From an uncultured Fibrobacterota bacterium (GTDB taxonomy: Bacteria; Fibrobacterota; Chitinivibrionia; Chitinivibrionales; Chitinispirillaceae), in NCBI GenBank assembly GCA_963846695.1, contig CAWJXL010000002.1, positions 257,728 through 281,727 on the forward strand: a stretch of DNA of 24,000 bases, given 5' to 3'. The stretch's first letter is position 1; every line of letters starts with the position of its first letter. This document shows, in pieces, positions 1 through 9,447 of the stretch. A program made the translations under genes and the position numbers. The notes under the pieces were generated by a model, which saw only the letters and a program-made list of their open reading frames with translations, made no database searches and was not told the DNA's origin.

Positions 1-2
1 TC

Positions 3-500
3 ATGGACGATCGCCTGTTCAGCTATCCTTTTATCTACATGACTGGGCACGGAAACGTTCATTTCACGGCCAGAGAGCGTTTGAGGCTGCGTGGCTACCT
101 GATCGGCGGCGGTTTTCTCCTGGCGAATGACGACTACGGCATGGATACCGCCTTCCGCCGGGAGATGAGGGCGCTCTTCCCCGAGAATCCGCTCGTTGAA
201 GTGCCTGTCGAGCACCCCATCTATTCAAAGGTACATAAGCTACCCGGGCTGCCGAAAATTCATGTGCACGACGGGTTGCCGGCAAAGGGGTACGGCATTT
301 TCTGGGAGGGCCGCCTGATCGTGTACTATGCATTCAGTTCAGACATCGGGGACGGTATGGAGGACCCCGAGACCTACCACGACCGGCCGGAGCTTCACCG
401 CGCGGCGCTGGACATGGGCGTCAACCTCGTGGCCTGGTTTTTCGATCCGAAGGAGTTGAAGGAGTCGCGGCAACCGATGGATGGGGCGGCTCCTCAGTAG
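3..500 (+). CDS. DUF4159 domain-containing protein (5' end cut by window edge)
   Basis: The ORF is open at the window start. FIYMTGHG and GGFLLANDDYG match the DUF4159 family pattern as I recall it. It overlaps the next, convergent gene by 7 nt. Confidence 0.7.
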   Translation: MDDRLFSYPFIYMTGHGNVHFTARERLRLRGYLIGGGFLLANDDYGMDTAFRREMRALFPENPLVEVPVEHPIYSKVHKLPGLPKIHVHDGLPAKGYGIFWEGRLIVYYAFSSDIGDGMEDPETYHDRPELHRAALDMGVNLVAWFFDPKELKESRQPMDGAAPQ

Positions 501-1582
501 CGGCTCCTGGCCAGCCGCAGCAGGGGTGCCGCAGTCCCCGAGAGATGGGTCTCGAACTCGGCGATCCCGAAGTTCCCGATGTAAATTCTCTGCAACGCGA
601 AGAGGTCGGTTTGCCGATCGTTCAGCCCCTCCGACGTTGTCACGCCGCAATCGAAACCGTGCCGCCGCACAAGGCCCCGGATCTTGGTGTCGTGATCTCC
701 ATAGGGGTAGGCGAAGCTCGCGAAACCGCTCCCCCCATAGTTTTCGATAAGTTCCCTGCTCGTCGTTACCTCATCGCTGCACTCCGCAGGGGGGAGGGTG
801 GTCAGACTGCGATGGCTCATGGAGTGGCCGCCGATAAGGTGTCCCTCGGCGACAAGCGCGCGCAAATCCAGATCGGTCATGAAGAGGCCGTCGCACCTGA
901 GGAGGCCGGCAGGCAGTTCGTTCGTTTCGCACAGCTTGCCGAGTGCCGCCTCGCGGTAGCCTCGCGGTAGCGATGCAAGAAACGGCCGAAGCTGCCGGGC
1001 GAGGCGCAGCTTTCCATTTTCACTGAGGTGTTTTCCCGAGATGCGAAGGAAGCCCTGAATATCGATCCGGAAGGGTTTCGACTGCATGGCATCGAGCAGG
1101 AGATAAAGCGCATGGGGCCATGGCAGGCCGGAGCCGTTAACAAGGGAACCGATGGGAAAGAAGGTAGCGCAATAGCGGTGTTTTCGCAGGATGGGTGCGA
1201 CGATGGTACGGTTATCGCGGAAACCGTCGTCAAAGGTCAGAACCACCGAATCCGGGGGCAGCGGATTTCCGTTTCGCAGGCTCGCCGCCGCCTCATCGAG
1301 ACCCACCACTGTGGCGTTACGCGATAGGTAGTCCATTTGAGCCTCGAAACGGCTTTTCTCCACCACCATGCCCATTGCCATGAAGCAGGTATGCGATTCT
1401 CCGGAATCCGCAAATCCGCCAACGCGGTGATAGAGGAGAATGGGAATGCGGCCGCGTCTTCTCTCTCGTCTCAGAAAGAAACGCCCCAGCCCGGAAGCGT
1501 GGAACAACCCGCAGATCCATTCGGTACGGCGGCGCGCAGTTTCCGCATTCGGCAACAGGGTTGAAAGTGAAAGAAGCGCCAT
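494..1582 (-). CDS. polysaccharide deacetylase family protein (NodB homology domain)
   Basis: It carries the NodB-type signature VVLTFDDGFRDN and a later HSMSH. I chose ATG 1582 as start (GGGAGA lies 5 nt upstream). The longer ORF to 1735 would overlap the 3' end of the upstream gene, and ATG 1603 is an alternative start. Confidence 0.8.
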   Translation of the reverse strand: MALLSLSTLLPNAETARRRTEWICGLFHASGLGRFFLRRERRRGRIPILLYHRVGGFADSGESHTCFMAMGMVVEKSRFEAQMDYLSRNATVVGLDEAAASLRNGNPLPPDSVVLTFDDGFRDNRTIVAPILRKHRYCATFFPIGSLVNGSGLPWPHALYLLLDAMQSKPFRIDIQGFLRISGKHLSENGKLRLARQLRPFLASLPRGYREAALGKLCETNELPAGLLRCDGLFMTDLDLRALVAEGHLIGGHSMSHRSLTTLPPAECSDEVTTSRELIENYGGSGFASFAYPYGDHDTKIRGLVRRHGFDCGVTTSEGLNDRQTDLFALQRIYIGNFGIAEFETHLSGTAAPLLRLARSRY

Positions 1583-1605
1583 GCATTCTCCCTGCCGCGC
1601 CATGC

Positions 1606-2607
1606 TCACAGCGGCATCTTGGCCTGCTTTCCGGCAATTTCCCGCACGTAGCGGGGTACGGCATAGCCCGGAAGCAGGCGGCGAAGTTCGACCATGAGCT
1701 TCCTGCCACGCTCGACCCCGGTTTCGAAGTGCCAAGCACCCTTCACCCGGTCGAGCTGGTGAAGGTAATAGGGCAGAACGCCGTTGTCGAGGAGCGCCTC
1801 TGAAAGTTCCACAAGACGGTCGACGCGATCGTTGACGTCACGCAGCAGCACCGACTGGTTAAGCAGCAGGCTGCCGGCCGAGCGCAGGCCCGAGAGCGCG
1901 GCAGGACAGTCGCCCTCGACTCCGCAGCATGATTTGCATGGATTACCACGACGCAGTTCTTGATGTCGCTCAGGAAGGCAATGGTTGCAAGATGGCAATC
2001 GGCCCGGCTGGGGTCGGCCACGGGAAGCCGGGTATGGATCCGGATGGTTTTGACGTGGGGGATTGCGGCAAGGAGCCTGGCAAGACGGTCAAGAACCTCC
2101 GGAGTGAGGCAGAGTGGATCGCCGCCGCTCAGGATCACCTCGCGCAAGGAGGGGTTGCGTTGGATAAAAGCAACGGCCCCTTCAAGCGCTTCCGGCGCGC
2201 TGCATGCCCCCAGGCCATTGCTCCGGCGGAAGCAATAGCGGCAACGAAGGCAGCAAAGGTTGCTTGCCAGGAGGAGTACCCTCCCGCAGTACCTCTGCAA
2301 GAACGCCCCGAGCAACCGAGGATTCGGCGTCGTGCACCGGGTCATCGACGAATCCCTCCCGTTCGGCGATCTCTTCGGTCCTCGGCAGTACCTGGAGGAG
2401 CAGGGGGTCGAACCAGTCGCGCTTACGCATTCGCGAGGCGAAGCTTCGCGGAACGAGGAGGGAAAAAGAGGCCCCGTCGGGGATGTCGTACGGTGCCGCA
2501 CGCGAACCATCGAGCTCCAAAAAGCGGAACAGGTCATTCCGTTCGGTAAACGGCTTCCCGGCCTGATGACACTCGCTGGTGACCATTGATAACTCAGATT
2601 TTTTCAA
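1606..2607 (-). pseudogene. epmB: EpmB-like KamA-family radical SAM protein (lysine 2,3-aminomutase family), interrupted by two compensating frameshifts
   Basis: Three collinear ORF pieces (2607-2182, 2537-1743, 1998-1606) read as one protein. Recognisable motifs are LLVPRSFASRM, DPLLLQVLP, CLRCRYCFRR (CxxxCxxC), SGGDPL, LLNQSVLLRDVND, LPYYLHQLDRVKGAWHF and REIAGKQAKMPL. The outer pieces share a frame and the middle piece is shifted. The total span is 1002 nt, a multiple of 3. The start is TTG 2607 or ATG 2586. Confidence 0.8.
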
Positions 2608-2616
2608 GATACTGGA

Positions 2617-3468
2617 TTACGCGCTTTTCAGGGTATCAAAAAACGGGGAAAGGAGCGATCGGGACATCGGATTTCGCAGGAGATGACGCAGGGCCTTGTC
2701 GCGGAGCAACCGTACACGCTCCCTGGTGAGATTGATCTCGACGCCGATCTCCTCAAGAGTAAAATGACGAGTTGCATTGAGCCCGAAGTACATCCGGAGA
2801 ATGCGTTCTTCACGAATAGGAACTTCCCGGAGCAGACGGTCGATGGTCACCCCCAGTTCACGCCGGTCGCTGTCGGCCTCTTGGTTGGGCTCTTCGCCGA
2901 GAACATCGGCAAGGGTTTTTGCGCCGTCGCCGCTGTTATCGGACCCATGCGGCGAGGGATTCAACGGTGTATCGAAGGAAATCGCCTTGAACTTCGACAT
3001 GACCTCGACAATGTCGGTCTCATGTAGTCTGAACTCCTCCCGCATGATGGTGCCGTAATAATCGCCCCGGTTCCGGTCCATGGCCCGCTTGAAATCCCGC
3101 AACAGAGCGACCTTGTTGAGAGGGATCCGCACAAGGCCGGTCTGTTCGAAAAGCGCTTTCTGCATGGATTGGCGGATCCACCATACTGCATAGGAGATGA
3201 ACTTTACTTCCATGGCGAGGTTGAAGCGCTTCGCTGCCTTGATGAGGCCGATGTTGCCTTCGTTGATGAGATCCAGGTAGGCGATGCCGTGTCCGCGATA
3301 GCTTCTGGCCACGCTGACGACAAAGCGTAGATTCGCCGTAACGAGTTCATCGGCGGTACCGGGCTCATCGCGCTGTACACGCACTATGAGCGCCCGTTCC
3401 TCTTTTTCAGAAAGAACCTTGAATCGGTTGATATCCCGGAAATAGAGCGTTTCCGTTGTCAATTGCAT
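2617..3468 (-). CDS. RNA polymerase sigma factor, sigma-70 family (short RpoD-like format, 283 aa)
   Basis: Region 2 is seen in LRFVVSVARSY, DLINEGNIGLIKAAKRF and FISYAVWWIRQS. Region 4.2 HTH is seen in FTLEEIGVEINLTRERVRLLRDKALRHL. Confidence 0.9.
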   Translation of the reverse strand: MQLTTETLYFRDINRFKVLSEKEERALIVRVQRDEPGTADELVTANLRFVVSVARSYRGHGIAYLDLINEGNIGLIKAAKRFNLAMEVKFISYAVWWIRQSMQKALFEQTGLVRIPLNKVALLRDFKRAMDRNRGDYYGTIMREEFRLHETDIVEVMSKFKAISFDTPLNPSPHGSDNSGDGAKTLADVLGEEPNQEADSDRRELGVTIDRLLREVPIREERILRMYFGLNATRHFTLEEIGVEINLTRERVRLLRDKALRHLLRNPMSRSLLSPFFDTLKSA

Positions 3469-3503
3469 GCAATCCGTTCCCCCCTCGTCCGTCCCCCCGC
3501 GGA

Positions 3504-4806
3504 TTATTTTCCGGCCTGGCCCTTTTTCACCGCGACGCCTTCAACCGTGAGGTTCCGCGACGCATGAGACAAAACCACAATGCCGCTGTCACTCACGAAG
3601 AACCTTTTTGCATCCCCTTCCAAATTATATCCTATTTTGTCGCCGGGTTCCACTCGGACGCCCCGGTCGATGATGGCTTTCCGCACCAGAGCTTTTTCGC
3701 CGATTTCAACGTCAGGGAAAATGATCGAATCCTCCACCACGGCAAAACTGTTCACGCGCACTCCCCGTGAGAGGACCGAGCGAATCACCTTGCCTCCGCT
3801 TATGATGCATCCCCCCGCGACGATCGAATCGAGCGCCTCTCCCTCTTCTTTTTTCCGGCCCCTCGCCGTCAAAAACGAATTTGGCGGGCGGTGACTGGCC
3901 CGCAGCGGTGCGGATCGGCCATTCTTCATTATAAAGATTGATTACGGGGACGACCTCCCGCAACGTCATATTCGCCGCATAATAGGCTTCCAGAGTCCCG
4001 ACGTCCTCCCAGTAAACAGTGGGCTTCGGGCTCTCGCCCGGGATCATGTTGTGCGCCATGTTGTAAACGTAAACGGGATAATCGTGGAATATCTTGGGAA
4101 TCACATCTTTACCGAAGTCGTGCGAGGAAATATTCAGCGAGGCATCATTATAGAGTTCCCTGACCAGAAATTTCTTATTGAAGATGTAGTTACCCATGGA
4201 GACAAGGGCCATGCCCGGCCGGTCCGGCATGTGCGCCGGGTTCTTAGGTTTCTCCTGGAACCCGGTCATGAGCCCGCTCGGGTCGACCTCGATGACGCCG
4301 AATTGCGCAGCTTCACAGAGCGGTTTCGGGATGGCGGAAATTGTGGCGACCGCGCCCACCTGCCGATGAAAATCGAGCATCTGGGAGATGTCCATGGTGT
4401 AGATGTGGTCGGCGCCGAACACGGCGATATAATCCGGGTTCTCATCCTCAATGAGATTTATGTTCTGAAATACCGCGTCGGCGGTGCCTTGGTACCATTT
4501 TTTCCCGGTACGCATCTGCGCAGGCACCGGGTCGATATACTGCCCGAGCATCCGGTTCAGGTTCCATCCGGCGGTCAGATGCTTGATGAGCGAATCGGAC
4601 TTGAACTGGGTCAGAACCTTGATCTTGAAAATGCCGGAGTTGATGAAATTATTGAGGACGAAATCGATGATCCGGTACTTGCCGCCGAAGTAGACCGACG
4701 GCTTGGCACGCTCCTGCGTGAGCGGGTACAATCGCGATCCTTCGCCGCCGGCCATGACCATCGCGAGAACGTTGGGATACCCTAACGGCGATCGTGAAGA
4801 GTGCAT
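3504..4806 (-). pseudogene. glgC: glucose-1-phosphate adenylyltransferase, split by one frameshift (possible sequencing artefact)
   Basis: The N-terminus has GGEGSRLYPLTQERAKPSVYFGGKYRIIDF. After PPAKFVFDGEGPEK the expected beta-helix C-terminus (EALDSIVAGGCIISGG...) continues in another frame (ORF 3504-3929). The shift is at or next to the T6 run 3849-3854. The 1303-nt span is not a multiple of 3. The start ATG 4806 gives MHSSRSPLGYPNVLAMVMAGG. Confidence 0.88.
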
Positions 4807-5012
4807 AACGGACCATTTCAATTGAGGTGCACAGCATCGTGAGCCGGGCATGGATCCTGCCCGCTTTGAAAATAGTTTGTAGGACCGGAGAGATCAAAAG
4901 GTATCCGCAGGGTTTTTCGCATCGAGATAGGGGTGAGAGATCGCACTCAGGGGGCGATTCTGCATCGTCATCGAAAAACACCATACCCGCCACGCCAATA
5001 TTGAGAGTCGCA

Positions 5013-5837
5013 CTATTTCCAGGCTATCGCAGCATAATTTCGTTTCGGAATCCGGTAGAAACGGGCGGCAGGATACCCGAGCATCATGGAGCCGAATACT
5101 GCCTGATCTGGGGGCAAGTCGAGCAATGCTTTTACCGCGGGCGATGCGGATGCCGCAATGGTAAAGTACCCGGCCCAGCACGTCCCCAGGCCGAACGCCG
5201 GGGCTGCCAGCTCAAGATAAGTCAGGGCAATGGTTGCGTCGCCCGCCGCGATGCGGTCCGCACTCTGGCCACAGGCCAGCACGAGGTGCGGCGCATTCCG
5301 GCAGATCGGGTCGTTCCCCTCTCGCCACGATTGAAGGAGAAGGCTGAAATTCAGTTTTCCCGCCATAAGCGACTTCTGCTGTTCCGACTCATCCATCCAC
5401 GTCATGACGGCATTGGTCAACTGCCGCACCTTCGATGTATCGTGGACCACGATCCATTTCACCGGCTGCCGATTGACGCCGGAGGGCGCGTAGCGAACGA
5501 TATCGAAGAGATTTGCTAAAATCGACCGGTCAACCGGCTCCTGCCTGTATTTCCTGACCGAGCGGCGTTCAAGGCAGTATGCGGCAAGTTGCGCCGGGGT
5601 GATGCCGTCGTGAGGTCCTGGTTCCGGAACACTTTGCAGAGTGGGGTGGTCGACCGTTACTGCGTTCTCGGGGCAGGCTGCTTCGCAGTGACCGCAGCGA
5701 ACGCAGACAGCGACGAGGCGATCGGAAACATACGGGAAACCGGTCTCCTCATTTTTCCGGATGATTCGCAGGGGACACAGTTCGAGGCAGATCATGCAGC
5801 GGGTGCATTTTGCGGTATCAAAGGAATTTTGCGGCAT
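5013..5837 (-). CDS. nitroreductase family protein with N-terminal 2x[4Fe-4S] ferredoxin domain
   Basis: Two ferredoxin cysteine clusters (CTRCMICLELCP, CVRCGHCEAACP) are followed by a nitroreductase-type region (RRSVRKYRQEPV, APSGVNRQP). Confidence 0.85.
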   Translation of the reverse strand: MPQNSFDTAKCTRCMICLELCPLRIIRKNEETGFPYVSDRLVAVCVRCGHCEAACPENAVTVDHPTLQSVPEPGPHDGITPAQLAAYCLERRSVRKYRQEPVDRSILANLFDIVRYAPSGVNRQPVKWIVVHDTSKVRQLTNAVMTWMDESEQQKSLMAGKLNFSLLLQSWREGNDPICRNAPHLVLACGQSADRIAAGDATIALTYLELAAPAFGLGTCWAGYFTIAASASPAVKALLDLPPDQAVFGSMMLGYPAARFYRIPKRNYAAIAWK

Positions 5838-5966
5838 AAAGAATGCTTCTCTATGACAGATTTCTGATCACCAGATGTTCCGGCAATGCCTCTCCACAGT
5901 TGCGGAATTACCGCTCCTGACACCTGAAACCTATATTCGTCATTCGTCGCCTCCGGAACCGGCGAA

Positions 5967-6278
5967 TTATCGGTACCATCGGAACAGGTAGAGTCCTACG
6001 ATGAGACCGATGAGGGAGAGCAGGCTGAATTTAATCTGAAAACCGAGCATGAGTTTTATGGCGGCCAGGTCGAGGACCGCCGGCTTATTCTGGCTGAAAT
6101 CGCCGATGCCGATCGGGATGCTGCCGGTAAAAAAGGTTTTCACCACGCTTGCGCCTCCGGGCAGCATTTCAACGGCGCTGTTCAGGTAGGAGCCGATGAT
6201 GATACCGAGAATAGCCGCAAGGAAAAGCGAGGGAAACGATCGGTCTTTCAGAAGGCCCGGCATAGAGGCTCCTTTCAT
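5967..6278 (-). CDS. small membrane protein, DUF4321-like
   Basis: It has two hydrophobic segments. The tail LDLAAIKLMLGFQIKFSLLSLIGLIVGLYLFRWYR matches the DUF4321 pattern as I recall it. The start is ATG 6278 or 6263. Confidence 0.65.
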   Translation of the reverse strand: MKGASMPGLLKDRSFPSLFLAAILGIIIGSYLNSAVEMLPGGASVVKTFFTGSIPIGIGDFSQNKPAVLDLAAIKLMLGFQIKFSLLSLIGLIVGLYLFRWYR

Positions 6279-6352
6279 GCGATCCGCACCGCAGTGAACG
6301 CAAAGACAAAAGAAAATACTTTTCGCCGCACGGTTTTTCGCGCCCGATGCGG

Positions 6353-7582
6353 CTATCGCTGAGGCGCTTCGCGAAGTACCATCGATAACTGAAGGTGGTT
6401 GTTGTTCCTGATGATATCCATGCGAACCGTGTCTCCCACATAGTAATCAAGGAAAAAACCCTCGAGGTCGGCGTGCGTCTGGACTCTCCGGTTGCCGATC
6501 TGGTCGATGATGTCGCCGGCCCGGGCGCCCGCGATGTTGCCGGGGCTCCCCTGCTCCACGCTGACGACCACGACTCCGGAGGAACGGTTGACTCCGAGGG
6601 CGGAGGCGATTGAATGATCGATATTCTGCACGGCAATGCCGGTCCAGATATCGCGGCGATGGCCATATCTGATCAGCTCGTCCGCAACGCGGCGCGCGCG
6701 GTTGATCGGTATGGCAAAACCGATGCCGATGGATCCCTTGTTGCTGTTTGAACCGGTATAGATGAAGGTGTTGATGCCGATCACCTCGCCGTCTGCATTG
6801 ACGAGCGGTCCGCCGGAATTCCCCGGATTGATCGGCGCGTCGGTCTGCAGCATTCCCTGGTAGTACACCCCTTCCGCCGGCGCGAAATTCCGGTTCAGTG
6901 CGCTCACGACGCCGACCGTGACGGTCGGGTGCGCATCGTTGATGAAGGTCAGGAACGGATTGCCGATGGCGATCGCCCATTCGCCCGCCATGGCGTCGTC
7001 GGAGTTGCCGAACTTAACCGAGCGGAATGTGCCGCCGCTCACCGATATCACCGCGATATCGGCATGTTCGTCGGTTCCCACCACCTTCCCTTCGATCCTC
7101 CTGCCGTCGGAAAAGTTGACATAGAGTTTTGCGGCATTCTGCACCACGTGATAGTTGGTCAGGATCATGCCGTCGCTGCGGATGACGAAGCCCGATCCGA
7201 TGCTCTCCATCTGGCGAAAGCTGGGCAGCAGTTCCGGGCCGAAAAAGAAGTCGAAGAAATCATCCGACGAATAGGGTGCATGCACCACCTGGATCTGGGT
7301 AACCACGATGCCGACGACGCACGGCGCCACGGCACGGCTCGCCCTGACGATCGCAGTTTCGCGCGTCGAAGGAACGGCGTCATCCGGCGCGCACGCCGGG
7401 CGGATCTTCGCTTCCGCCGCCATGCCGTTGCCGCCCTTCGGCCGGTCGCTTGAGGCAAGGGTCGCTATACGGACCCCGTAAATGTGGCGTATCAGTTCCC
7501 CTCCGGCGATGAGGCCGCAAACGGCGCCGCACGCGAAGAGCACGGCGTAAAAACCGGTTCTGGCAACACGGCGGTTCATCAA
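6353..7582 (-). CDS. HtrA/DegS-type trypsin-like serine protease with one PDZ domain, N-terminal membrane anchor
   Basis: The catalytic triad context is present: TNYHVV, DIAVISV, GNSGGPLVN. A C-terminal PDZ-like segment is VVVVSVEQGSPGNIAGARAGDII. The N-terminal TM segment is FYAVLFACGAVCGLIAGG. Confidence 0.9.
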   Translation of the reverse strand: MMNRRVARTGFYAVLFACGAVCGLIAGGELIRHIYGVRIATLASSDRPKGGNGMAAEAKIRPACAPDDAVPSTRETAIVRASRAVAPCVVGIVVTQIQVVHAPYSSDDFFDFFFGPELLPSFRQMESIGSGFVIRSDGMILTNYHVVQNAAKLYVNFSDGRRIEGKVVGTDEHADIAVISVSGGTFRSVKFGNSDDAMAGEWAIAIGNPFLTFINDAHPTVTVGVVSALNRNFAPAEGVYYQGMLQTDAPINPGNSGGPLVNADGEVIGINTFIYTGSNSNKGSIGIGFAIPINRARRVADELIRYGHRRDIWTGIAVQNIDHSIASALGVNRSSGVVVVSVEQGSPGNIAGARAGDIIDQIGNRRVQTHADLEGFFLDYYVGDTVRMDIIRNNNHLQLSMVLREAPQR

Positions 7583-8313
7583 TCGACCCCCTCATACAAG
7601 ACTTTATCGAGCACCAGTCCGCAGGCCGGGGCGGTCATGCCGGCGCGCCTGCGGTCCTTTGCCGCGAGCAGTTTGGTCATCGATTCGGTAATGCGTCCCC
7701 TTCCGATATCGATGAGGGTGCCCGCGATGGAGCGCACCATGGTATAGACGAAGCGGTTCGCTTCGATGGTGAATACCCTGAGATCGTTCTCGGTGGTGAG
7801 CGACGCATGCGTTACGGTACAGAGTGCATGCCGCGCTCCGCTCCCGGCGGCGCAGAACGCGCTGAAATCGTGCCGACCTTCAAGCAACCGCGCCGACGAT
7901 TCCACCGTGCTCCAGTCAATGGGGTAGAATACCATCCACGCCCGTTTGAAAAGGAGCGGCCGTTTCCGCGGACAGAGAAGATACCGGTAACGCCTGGACC
8001 GGGCGGAGTAACGGGCGTGAAAGCCCTCCGCAACCGCCTGCAGATGGTAAACGGCAATATCGGCCGGCAACAGCGCATTGACCGATGCTTCAACGGCCGC
8101 GGGATCGAAGGGTGTTTCGGTTTCGACATGGGCGCCCTGACCGAGGGCATGAACGCCCGCATCGGTGCGGCCCGCTCCGACGATCCGGCATGAGGCCCGC
8201 AGGACGGTGTGGAACGCCGTTTCGAGCTCTTCCTGTATGGTCGGCGCGTTGTTCTGCCGCTGCCATCCGCCGTAGCGGGTCCCGTCGTATTCGACGCGAA
8301 AAAAATACCTCAT
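7579..8313 (-). CDS. truA: tRNA pseudouridine(38-40) synthase TruA
   Basis: MRYFFRVEYDGTRYGGWQRQ and the catalytic GAGRTDAGVHALGQ motif are present. It has 4-nt overlaps with both neighbouring genes. Confidence 0.92.
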   Translation of the reverse strand: MRYFFRVEYDGTRYGGWQRQNNAPTIQEELETAFHTVLRASCRIVGAGRTDAGVHALGQGAHVETETPFDPAAVEASVNALLPADIAVYHLQAVAEGFHARYSARSRRYRYLLCPRKRPLLFKRAWMVFYPIDWSTVESSARLLEGRHDFSAFCAAGSGARHALCTVTHASLTTENDLRVFTIEANRFVYTMVRSIAGTLIDIGRGRITESMTKLLAAKDRRRAGMTAPACGLVLDKVLYEGVD

Positions 8314-9447
8314 GGCGCCACGGACTCCTTTGCCGCCGCATTTTCCCGGACGATCCGGAAGCAGAGCATTGCAAGCGTGTTCCTGCCGGGCTCGATTCTG
8401 CCGGTCTTGATGCCGGTATCGAAATCGAGCAGCCGGGCGAGCGCCAGCGAAAGGTCCCGGTCCGAGAAACGGTTTGCTTGGTCAACCACGCCGGGTTTGA
8501 TGATAACCGGGAAGACTCTATTCTCCTGGCCATCGCGTAGAAGGCCGGCCGCTTTACCTATTGCTATCGCGCTGGCGGTCTGCCGTGGATTTTTCGATCC
8601 CCGTGCGTCGGCATAGACGCGGCCCACATCGGGATTCATCGCAAGGAATTTTCGTATCCTGAACAGCGCCCAGAAATGCCTGGCCAGGGCGGCGACGACG
8701 AGCGGCAGGTAGACATTGACTGAAAAAAGGTTATCGATGATGCGGAGAGCGGCGGGGAGATCCTGTCGGCCGAGCGCGGCCGCGAGTTCAAACGGCGTCA
8801 TCTCCCGGAAGCCTCCGGTACTGTGATCGATGGCCGCCCGGTCGATCGCCTTGCCCGGCGGGAGCAACAGGTCGATTTTCTGCAACTCCGAATGCAGAAT
8901 ATCCAGATTATAGCCCACCCGGTCGGCCAGATGGCTCGCATCGTTTTTTGCGATGCGCCTTCCGGTGAGGCGGGGAACATTCTGGACGAGCCATTCATCG
9001 ATTTTATGATCAGGCGGCCGGCTGAATTCGGCGATCATGCAGGCGGGAGGGGTGGCTTTCGAGCGTTCGTTCGCGTGGAGCTTATTGATAACCACACCCG
9101 CCTCTTTTTTATCGCCGTCGATCTCGATGATGCAATAGATGCCCGGAATTTCGCATGATAGCGCGGCGTCGAGGTCATCGAGATCTTCGTCCTCAAGCGT
9201 TTGGGCGTGCGGGAGAAGGAAAATCCGCGTCTCCTGGAACAGCGAGGGTGCAAGCATCCGCTGGATGAAGGTCGCGGCGGGCTCCCGGGCGGCGTCGAAA
9301 CGCTCGCGGGTGCACGATCCCTCGCGTTTTGAAAGTTCGGCGACCAGCGCCTCCCGCATGCGCTCGCGGCTCACGGTGTCTTCACCCCAGAGAACGAAGG
9401 CGCGGGCGGTTATCCGGAAATGCCCCCCTGCCGGATCCGGTCGTCAT
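8310..9447 (-). pseudogene. holA: DNA polymerase III subunit delta (HolA), N-terminus in a different frame (1-nt shift, likely at C6 run 9423-9428)
   Basis: The body matches HolA: LFQETRIFLL, and HSELQKIDLLLPPGKAIDRAAIDHSTGGFREMTPFELAAALG. Reading upstream of GTG 9374 in frame gives ITARAFVLWGEDT, the conserved HolA N-terminal block, but no start codon. An ATG at 9447 forms an ATGA overlap with the waaA stop, in the adjacent frame. Confidence 0.72.

Noticed and set aside
494-1735. The full 413-aa version of the deacetylase ORF.
   Set aside because: The first 51 codons overlap the 3' end of the EpmB-like gene and encode Arg/Ala-rich sequence. ATG 1582 has a GGGAGA Shine-Dalgarno sequence and gives a normal-length protein.
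3840-3870. Programmed ribosomal frameshifting as the explanation for the glgC and holA homopolymer shifts.
   Set aside because: I know of no precedent for these families, and I saw no slippery heptamer plus downstream structure. Five indels clustered in conserved genes fit error or decay better.
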